A stretch of 64,000 nt of DNA from Planctomycetota bacterium (GTDB lineage Bacteria > Planctomycetota > PLA2 > JAEUHO01): the NCBI GenBank assembly GCA_965223505.1, contig CBDCWP010000021.1, positions 192,001 through 256,000 of the forward strand. The letters are read 5' to 3'. A program made the position numbers and the translations under genes. This document shows positions 56,998-64,000 of this stretch, piece by piece (positions within the stretch are counted from its first letter, which is position 1; the number at the start of each line of letters is the position of its first letter). The notes beneath the pieces were generated by a model that worked only from the letters and a program-made list of their open reading frames with translations, searched no databases and was not told where the DNA came from.

Positions 56998-58146
56998 ATG
57001 GCTGCACGCAAGAAGAAGAAGCGCATCGCGATCCTGACCGGCGGCGGGGATTGCCCCGGGCTCAACGCGGTGATTCGCGCCGTCGTGAAGACTGCGCAAA
57101 ACGTCCACGGCTGGGAGGTCTACGGCGTTCGCAACGGCGTCGAGGGATTCCTCGAGCCCCACGGCCGCGGCGTTCAGCGGCTCTCGCGTTCCGAGGTCGC
57201 GGGCATCTTGCCGCGCGGCGGCACCATCATCGGCGCGAGCAACCGCTGCGACATCTTCGCGGTGAAACGCGGGAACCGCGTCGTGGACGAGTCGGGGCGC
57301 ATCAAGCAGATCTTCGAGCGCAAGGGCATCTCGGCGTTGATCACCGTCGGCGGGGACGGCACGCAACGCATGGCGCTCGCGTTCCACAAGAAAGGCATCA
57401 AAGTGGTGGGCGTGCCCAAGACGATCGACAACGATCTGAACGGAACGGATCGCACCTTCGGCTTCGACACGGCCGTGGGCGTCGTGAGTGAGGCCATCGA
57501 TCGCTTGTACACGACGGCCGCCAGCCATCACCGCGTCATCTGCGTCGAGGTCATGGGACGCAACAGCGGGTTCATCGCGTTGCACGGAGGCATGGCAGGC
57601 GGCGCCGAGGTGATCCTGATTCCGGAGATCCCGTACGACCCCGACCGCGTGGCCGCCGCCGTGACGTCGCGCAGTCGCCACGGTCGCGGCTACTCGATCA
57701 TCACCGTCGCCGAAGGCGCCCAACGGCCCGACGGCGAGCTCGTGTATCGCGAGACGCTGGACGACGCGCCCAAACAACGTCTGGGCGGCGTCTCGTTCCA
57801 GGTCACCGAGGAGATCCGCGAGCGAACCGAAGCCCAGGTGCGCAACGTCGTGCTCGGACACACCCAACGCGGCGGCAGTCCGAGCTCGTACGACCGCGTC
57901 TTGGCCTCCGGCATGGGTCGCCATGCCGTCCAGCTGATCGCGGAACGCAAGTTCGGCGAGATGGTCGCGCTGCACGGAACGAAGCTCACGTCCGTTTCGA
58001 TCGAACGCGCCGTTCGCCGCGTCAAGAAGGTCGACCCCAAAGGGCAGCTCGTGCGCGCGGCGCGCGACTTGGGGATATCCTTCGCGGCAGCCGACGGTTC
58101 CGACGATCGTCCGGCCGCGACCCGGCACCGCCACGGCGCCCCGTAA
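56998..58146 (+). CDS. pfkA: 6-phosphofructokinase, ATP-type motifs
   Basis: TGGGDCPGLN, GGDG, PKTIDND, EVMGR, LGHTQRGG. Confidence 0.93.
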   Translation: MAARKKKKRIAILTGGGDCPGLNAVIRAVVKTAQNVHGWEVYGVRNGVEGFLEPHGRGVQRLSRSEVAGILPRGGTIIGASNRCDIFAVKRGNRVVDESGRIKQIFERKGISALITVGGDGTQRMALAFHKKGIKVVGVPKTIDNDLNGTDRTFGFDTAVGVVSEAIDRLYTTAASHHRVICVEVMGRNSGFIALHGGMAGGAEVILIPEIPYDPDRVAAAVTSRSRHGRGYSIITVAEGAQRPDGELVYRETLDDAPKQRLGGVSFQVTEEIRERTEAQVRNVVLGHTQRGGSPSSYDRVLASGMGRHAVQLIAERKFGEMVALHGTKLTSVSIERAVRRVKKVDPKGQLVRAARDLGISFAAADGSDDRPAATRHRHGAP

Positions 58147-58156
58147 CGGACTCCCC

Positions 58157-59014
58157 ATGAGCGACGATCGCCGCATCGACCTGCACGCGCACACGGTTCA
58201 CTCCGACGGCACCATGACGCCGACGGAGCTGGTCGAGCACGCGGCCGAGATCGGGCTCATCGCGTTGGCGGTGACGGACCACGACACGACGACGGCGTTG
58301 GGAGAAGCCCGTGCGGCGGGACAGGCCGTGGGTGTGGAGGTCCTCAACGGCTGCGAGGTCTCCTGCGCGATCCCGAGCGGGATCGTCCACGTCCTCACGT
58401 ACGGTTTCGACGAGACGGACGAGGCCTTCCAGGCATTGCTGGTCGGCGTGCGCGAGAGCCGCAACGAACGCAACCGCCGCATCCTCGCGAAGCTCGAAGC
58501 GCTCAGGGTGCCGCTCACGCTCGACGACGTGTGCGCGCAAGCATTCGGCCGCGTCGTCGCGCGCCCGCACTTCGCCGCGGCGATGGTGAAGCGCGGCTAC
58601 GTCGACGACGTACGAGAAGCGTTTCGTCTCTACCTGCACGACCAGGGGCCGGCTTACAGCGTCGCGGAGATGCCGCCGCCCGAGGACGCAATCCGCGCGG
58701 CGGCCGGCGCGGGCGGCATCAGCGTCATCGCGCATCCGCGGCAGCTTCGTTTGGGCAGCAAGGGCGCGTACCGGCGACTCTTCCGGCGCCTGAAGGACGT
58801 GGGGCTTTGCGGGATCGAAGTCGACCATCCGAGCCACAAGCCCGAGCACCGCACGATGTTCCAGGCGCTCGCGGACGAGCTCGACCTGGTGGCCTCCGGC
58901 GGCAGCGACTTCCACGGCACGGCCAAGCCGCACATTCGGCTCGGGATCGGCGACGGGACGATTCACGTGACGTACGACACCTGGACCCGACTGCGAGCGC
59001 GACGCGCGGCGTAG
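58157..59014 (+). CDS. PHP-domain phosphoesterase (TrpH/YciV-like)
   Basis: DLHAHTVHSDG, TDHD, AHP, GGSDFHG. Confidence 0.9.
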   Translation: MSDDRRIDLHAHTVHSDGTMTPTELVEHAAEIGLIALAVTDHDTTTALGEARAAGQAVGVEVLNGCEVSCAIPSGIVHVLTYGFDETDEAFQALLVGVRESRNERNRRILAKLEALRVPLTLDDVCAQAFGRVVARPHFAAAMVKRGYVDDVREAFRLYLHDQGPAYSVAEMPPPEDAIRAAAGAGGISVIAHPRQLRLGSKGAYRRLFRRLKDVGLCGIEVDHPSHKPEHRTMFQALADELDLVASGGSDFHGTAKPHIRLGIGDGTIHVTYDTWTRLRARRAA

Positions 59015-59016
59015 GC

Positions 59017-59868
59017 ATGGCCACCGAACAACCCACGCTGCCGAATCCGCCGTTGCTCTTTCGGATCCTGCCGCGGCGGGGTCTGTCGCAGACGATGGGC
59101 TTCCTGGCGCGTCTCTACGTTCCGATCCTGTTGTGGCCCGTGTTGCTCGTGTACTCGTGGATCTACGGCGTGAAGTTCAAGGAGATGGACCGGCCCTTGT
59201 GGCGCTACATCCGCTTCGTCGACTTCTTCACGCGTCGTTTGAAGCCGGGCCTGCGGCCGCAACCCGACGATCCCAAGGCGATCTCGAGTCCCGCGGACGG
59301 CAAGGTGCACCACGCGGGCACGATCGAGCGCGCCACGCTGCTGCAAGTGAAGGGTTTCCGCTACGACGTCGCGGACCTCCTGGGTTCGGACGACGATGCG
59401 AAGCCGTTCCGGCGCGGCACCTACTCGGTCATCTACCTCGCGCCGGGCGACTACCACCGCTACCACTGGCCGTTCGATGTGACCGTGAAGCGCGTGCGGC
59501 ACATCCCGGGCGACTTGTGGCCGGTGAACGAGAGGGCGCTCGCGACCGTGCCGCGGCTGTTCGCGCGCAACGAGCGTCTGGTCGTACTCGGCGAGACGAA
59601 CGGAAAGGCGTTCGCCTTCGTGCCGGTGGGAGCGCTGAACGTCGGATCGATGCGGCTCTTCTTTCACGACGTGCGCACGAACCACCGCAAGCTGAAGGAC
59701 GTACGCGCGTGGGACCTCGACGTGACCGCGCGCCGCGGTGACGAGTGCGGTTGCTTCGAGCTCGGGTCCACGATCGTGCTCTTGCTGGAGGAGGGCGCCG
59801 GCTCCCTCGATGCCCTCGAACCGCGCACGGTGCTACAGGTCGGCGAGTCGATCGGGACGTTAGCTTAG
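59017..59868 (+). CDS. psd: Phosphatidylserine decarboxylase proenzyme
   Basis: FFTRRLK, SPADG, YLAPGDYHRYH, NER, VGALNVGS, LGST. Confidence 0.93.
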   Translation: MATEQPTLPNPPLLFRILPRRGLSQTMGFLARLYVPILLWPVLLVYSWIYGVKFKEMDRPLWRYIRFVDFFTRRLKPGLRPQPDDPKAISSPADGKVHHAGTIERATLLQVKGFRYDVADLLGSDDDAKPFRRGTYSVIYLAPGDYHRYHWPFDVTVKRVRHIPGDLWPVNERALATVPRLFARNERLVVLGETNGKAFAFVPVGALNVGSMRLFFHDVRTNHRKLKDVRAWDLDVTARRGDECGCFELGSTIVLLLEEGAGSLDALEPRTVLQVGESIGTLA

Positions 59869-60687
59869 GTCGATAGAGATGGAGTGTTCTTGCGCGCGCC
59901 CCACGGTGACGTCGGCGTCCCCCACGCCCAGCTTCGGGTGATACGCGGAGAAGCGGTACGTACCGACCGGCAACCCGCGCACGACGAAGTGCCCGCGCCG
60001 GCCGACCTCGTGTGACGTCAGATGGCGCGGCACGTGACCGGGCTCGTCGAGGCGTCGCCACGACACGATCGCCGGCGGTCCGTCGTCGTCGACCCCGTTC
60101 ACCGTGCCGTCGACCGTCGCGCCCTCGGCCGCGAACAGGATCTCGACCTCCGGTGCCGGGCGTGTGTTCTTCACATCGATGCCGTGAACTTGCACGGGCA
60201 GATACGGGCCACCCCACACGGTCAGCCGGTAGCGGCCCGGCCGGATGCTCCAAAGCAGCAGCCGCCGCTTGAGCATGGTGCCGATGTGCTCGCGCACACG
60301 CTTCACCGGTGTCTCGCGTTCGAGAACGATGTGCGTGAGGTCCGGCAAGTCCTTGCCTTCCGGCACCTTCAGAGCGATCAGGATGCCCTGCGGACGGGCG
60401 AGCTTGACCTGCAGCTGATCGGTCCCGACCGGCACCGCCAACGTACGAGCCTTCACGCGGCCGAGAATGAACCGCAGGTCATAGCGGCCCTGCGCGGCGA
60501 GGCCCTGGACGACGAACCGCCCGTCGCCGTCGGTCATGACGGGCAGCAGGTCGAGATCGCCGCCGCCCGACGTGGCGGCCTCCACGCGCACGCCCGTGAG
60601 CGGCACGTCCTGGAAGTCGGTCACGAAGCCGGCGATCTGCTGTCCCTCGATCGGCGGCGGTCCGGTGGAGAGGTCACTCGTCGTCAT
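59860..60687 (-). CDS. Carboxypeptidase-regulatory-like domain protein
   Basis: IAGFVTD..PLTGVRV, TDGDGRF..GL, GLPVGTY. Confidence 0.7.
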   Translation of the reverse strand: MTTSDLSTGPPPIEGQQIAGFVTDFQDVPLTGVRVEAATSGGGDLDLLPVMTDGDGRFVVQGLAAQGRYDLRFILGRVKARTLAVPVGTDQLQVKLARPQGILIALKVPEGKDLPDLTHIVLERETPVKRVREHIGTMLKRRLLLWSIRPGRYRLTVWGGPYLPVQVHGIDVKNTRPAPEVEILFAAEGATVDGTVNGVDDDGPPAIVSWRRLDEPGHVPRHLTSHEVGRRGHFVVRGLPVGTYRFSAYHPKLGVGDADVTVGRAQEHSISIDLS

Positions 60688-60824
60688 CCGCTCCTCAGCA
60701 TACGCAGGAGCGCGCCGCCCATGTAGGCCGACTTCCGTGCGCGAGGCGCCGGAGCGCGGGCGGGCAACAAGGCACGCCCCTACCTCTTTCGCCGTAGCAT
60801 GTTCCGCCCGCTGCGGAGCACGCC

Positions 60825-62354
60825 ATGCCTGAAGAGACCGGACCCGCCGTCGTACGAATCGCGCCGAGCCCTACCGGCGATCCGCACGTCGGTACGGCGT
60901 ACACCGCGCTCTTCAACTTCGCGCTCGCGCACGTGACCGGCGGCCGGTTCATCCTGCGCATCGAGGACACCGACCGCACGCGCTACGACGAGAACTCCGA
61001 GCGGCAGATCACCGAAGCGCTGCAGTGGTTGGGGCTGACGTATCAGGAAGGCCCGGACGTCGGCGGGCCGAACGGCCCGTACCGCCAGTCGGAGCGCACG
61101 GCGCTCTATCGCGAGCATTGCGACCAGCTGCTCGAAGCGGGGCAGGCCTATCGCTGTTTCTGCACGGCCGATCGACTCGCGGAGCTGCGCGCCGCGCAGC
61201 GGGCCCGCAAGGCGCCGCCGGGCTACGACGGCCTGTGCCGCGGCCTGCAGCCGGAAGAGGTCGAGGCGCGCCTGGCCGAAGACACGCCGTACGTCGTGCG
61301 CTTGAAGGTGCCCAAGGACCGCAGCATCGAGTTCAAGGACGAGCTGCGCGACAAGGTCGTCATCGAGGGCAAGACCGTCGACGACCAGGTGCTGCTCAAG
61401 TCCGACGGGTTCCCCACGTACCACCTGGCGAACGTCGTCGACGATCACCTCATGGAGATCACGGACGTGATCCGCGCCGAAGAGTGGATCACGTCGACGC
61501 CGAAGCACGTGCTGCTCTACGAGGCGTTCGGTTGGACGCCGCCGCGCTTCCGGCACCTGCCGCTCCTGCGCAACAAGGACAGGTCCAAGATCAGCAAGCG
61601 CAAGAACCCGACGTCGGTGCTCTGGTACAAGGAGAACGGCTACCTGCCCGAAGCCGTCATCAACTTCCTCGCGCTGATGGGCTACTCGCATCCCAACGGC
61701 GACGAGATGTTCAGCTTCGAGGAGCTGCTTGCGACGTTCGATGCGTCGCGGATCTCGACGTCGGGCCCGGTGTTCGACCTCGAGAAGCTGCAGTGGCTGA
61801 ACGGCGAGTACATCCGCGCGGACGACGTCGACACGCTCGTGCGCCGCGTCCTCGACCACCTCGCATACCGGTTGGGAGGCGGCAAGGAGCCGAACCCGGA
61901 GACGGACGGCCCGCTGTACGCCTGGATCGAGGAGAACGACGGCTTCGAGTCCGAGTCGGTGCGCGCGTTCATCGCCGAGACGATGCCCCTCGTGCAAGAA
62001 CGCATCAAGACGCTCGAGGAGTACGCGCCGATCACGCGCTGTTTCTTCCTGAAGGACGTGTCCGGCTACTCGATGGAGGAGCTCACGCCCAAGAAGCGCG
62101 ACGGCGGCGAGGTGATCGACCTCCTGCGCGTCGTGCACGAACGTCTCTCGGCGCTGGAGGACTGGGCGACCGATCCGATTCAGGCGTTGCTGCGCGGTCT
62201 CTGCGAGGAGCTCGACTGGAAACCGCGCGAGCTGTTCCAGCCGGTGCGCGTCGCGGTCACGGGCTCGAAGGTCAGCCCGCCGTTGTTCGAGACCATGGAG
62301 CTGATCGGCAAGGACGAGTGCCTGCGGCGCATCGAGGCGGCGGAATCGGCGTAG
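60825..62354 (+). CDS. gltX: Glutamate--tRNA ligase
   Basis: RIAPSPTGDPHVG, RIEDTD, PTYHLANVVDD, KISKR. Confidence 0.96.
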   Translation: MPEETGPAVVRIAPSPTGDPHVGTAYTALFNFALAHVTGGRFILRIEDTDRTRYDENSERQITEALQWLGLTYQEGPDVGGPNGPYRQSERTALYREHCDQLLEAGQAYRCFCTADRLAELRAAQRARKAPPGYDGLCRGLQPEEVEARLAEDTPYVVRLKVPKDRSIEFKDELRDKVVIEGKTVDDQVLLKSDGFPTYHLANVVDDHLMEITDVIRAEEWITSTPKHVLLYEAFGWTPPRFRHLPLLRNKDRSKISKRKNPTSVLWYKENGYLPEAVINFLALMGYSHPNGDEMFSFEELLATFDASRISTSGPVFDLEKLQWLNGEYIRADDVDTLVRRVLDHLAYRLGGGKEPNPETDGPLYAWIEENDGFESESVRAFIAETMPLVQERIKTLEEYAPITRCFFLKDVSGYSMEELTPKKRDGGEVIDLLRVVHERLSALEDWATDPIQALLRGLCEELDWKPRELFQPVRVAVTGSKVSPPLFETMELIGKDECLRRIEAAESA

Positions 62355-62423
62355 GGGCAGCCCTCGTGACTGCCCACGAGCGACGCACGTGATCCGTCGG
62401 GCGACCGCAAGGGCCGCCCCTAC
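62351..62423. repeat. GTAG-type REPIN
   Basis: GTAGGGGCAGCCCTCGTGACTGCCC...GGGCGACCGCAAGGGCCGCCCCTAC fills the gap between convergent genes. Confidence 0.88.
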
Positions 62424-62984
62424 CTAGTTGTCCCTCTGCCAGTCGACCTCGCCGACGAGCTCGGGACGCTCGCGCCGGTACCAGCCTTTGTCGGCGACCA
62501 GGATCAGATTGCCGGACTCGGTCTTCTCGAGCACGCCCTTCACGACGACCAGATCGAGCCGGCGAATTCCGAGGTTGTCGGTCTTCACCGGCATCCCGCT
62601 CTCGTCACGAAGCTCGACCGGCAGCGAGTACGGCCCCTTGTCCTCCGCGACGCAGCAGTAGTCCCACGGTGTCTCGCAACCGCACTGCTCCTCGCCCTGC
62701 TGGCAGTACTGCAAGGTCTCGTCGAAGAGCGTGAACATGGCGAGCGCGCCGTCGATGCGTCGCACGCGGCCGACGACCGTCACGTTGTCACCCGCGGCAC
62801 GCTTCTTCGCCTCGAGCACCGAAACGCCGCCCTCGGGGTTCTGCGCCAACAGGAACTCCGAGTTCGTGCCGCTGCCGGGACCGAAGGGCCGGGCGGACGA
62901 CTGCTCCGCTGTGGTCTGTTCCCCGCAGGCCGTCGAAAGGAGCGCGAGGCCGACCAGGATCGAGAGGTGGAAGGGACGGTTCAT
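62424..62984 (-). CDS. Lipoprotein with OB-fold-like core and Cys cluster
   Basis: LSTAC lipobox; VTVVGRV; YC..CGCETPWDYCC; ATGA overlap with permease. Confidence 0.7.
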   Translation of the reverse strand: MNRPFHLSILVGLALLSTACGEQTTAEQSSARPFGPGSGTNSEFLLAQNPEGGVSVLEAKKRAAGDNVTVVGRVRRIDGALAMFTLFDETLQYCQQGEEQCGCETPWDYCCVAEDKGPYSLPVELRDESGMPVKTDNLGIRRLDLVVVKGVLEKTESGNLILVADKGWYRRERPELVGEVDWQRDN

Positions 62985-64000
62985 AGCTTTCCTCCGAGGG
63001 CGTCGACGAGGGGCATGCGCACCGCCCGCCAGGCCGGGATGAGACCACCGACGAGACCGATCGCCAGCGCGGCGCCCAGCCCCGCGAGTCGAACGGTGGG
63101 CGACAGGTCCAGGTAGAACGCGCCCATCGGGAACTTCAGTGGGATCTCGCCGAACGCGCCGGCGATCCAGAATCCCAGCAAACCGCCGGTCACGGCGAGC
63201 AGCAGGGACTCTTGCAGAAGCGAGACGCCCACGGCGCCGGGGCCGTAGCCCAACGCGCGCAACGCGCCCATCTCGCGCGTTCGCGCCAACACCGCGGCGA
63301 ACATCGTGTTGGCGCACGCGAACACGCCGCCGACGAAGACGAGCACCGCCATCACCCACGCGAGCGCGGCGATCGGGTCGAGCGCGCGCTGCAACGTCTT
63401 GAACAGCTCGACCTCGGTCACGGCCGACACCTCGTAGCTCACGCCGTTGCGGTGAATCCAGATGCGCGTGCGCTCCATCTCGCCGGCGTCACGCAGGCGC
63501 ACCGCGACACAGGACGCATCCGGCCGCCGCGTCGCGTTCATCACGTCAGCGAGCCGACCCCAGATCTCGGCCTCGAGCACGGTGCCGGGCGCGGCGAAGT
63601 GACCGACGATCTTCCAGTCCCGGTTCTCCAACTCGAACGTCTTGCCGACGTCGAGGGCGCCGTCGGGCAGGCCCATCCGCGCCTCCGCCAATCGGCCGAC
63701 CAGGAGCTCGTACGGGCCGGACGGCTCGACGCCCTCGACGACGGTGACCCGTTCATGCACCAGGAACGCGGAGGGCGTCACGCCGCGCAGCAGACCGATG
63801 GCGTCGCCCTTGCGCGTCGCGATGTGCAGCTCCACCGACGCGGCGCGAAGACCGTCGACCTCCAGGACGCCGGGAATGCTGGCTGCGACGGCGTTCGCCT
63901 TGCCGAGGTCGATGGCCGACCGCACCAGATCGTGCTCGCCGGTCGTGCCGGTGAGGATGATCACGTCCTGTGACGCCGTCGCGGACGCGGTCTGGGCGAG
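62981..64000 (-). CDS. ABC transporter permease, FtsX/MacB family (partial, start beyond window)
   Basis: NTMFAAVLARTREMGALRALGY..LQES; GGLIPAWRA. Confidence 0.88.
   Translation of the reverse strand, partial: LAQTASATASQDVIILTGTTGEHDLVRSAIDLGKANAVAASIPGVLEVDGLRAASVELHIATRKGDAIGLLRGVTPSAFLVHERVTVVEGVEPSGPYELLVGRLAEARMGLPDGALDVGKTFELENRDWKIVGHFAAPGTVLEAEIWGRLADVMNATRRPDASCVAVRLRDAGEMERTRIWIHRNGVSYEVSAVTEVELFKTLQRALDPIAALAWVMAVLVFVGGVFACANTMFAAVLARTREMGALRALGYGPGAVGVSLLQESLLLAVTGGLLGFWIAGAFGEIPLKFPMGAFYLDLSPTVRLAGLGAALAIGLVGGLIPAWRAVRMPLVDALGGKL

Overview
High-GC bacterial chromosomal window, almost fully coding. Gene content and lipoprotein style suggest an uncultured Planctomycetota-like organism (inference, not searched). 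About 60 CDS were called. Housekeeping genes include rpsD, metG, trpS, gltX, folB, folK, pfkA, psd, trxA and a FabL-like reductase. Signalling genes include two GGDEF proteins, two STAS proteins, a LysR regulator and an ECF sigma/anti-sigma pair. There are many secreted or lipoprotein genes (S41 and S9 peptidases, PASTA, PPC, PD40, carboxypeptidase-regulatory-like) and a 2722-aa TPR-decorated alpha-2-macroglobulin. No rRNA, tRNA, CRISPR array or intact transposase was seen. Most notable signals: (i) a family of GTAG-type REP/REPIN palindromes whose GTAG often supplies the neighbouring gene's TAG stop; (ii) an orphan gene bracketed by two 147-bp REPIN-containing direct repeats, resembling a REP-mobilised cassette; (iii) a lipoprotein / Nal1-like serine protease / lipoprotein operon; (iv) an apparently exact 258-bp tandem duplication in the S9 peptidase; (v) an internally deleted sensor kinase; (vi) many apparently leaderless gene starts. 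All protein calls rest on motif recognition by eye.
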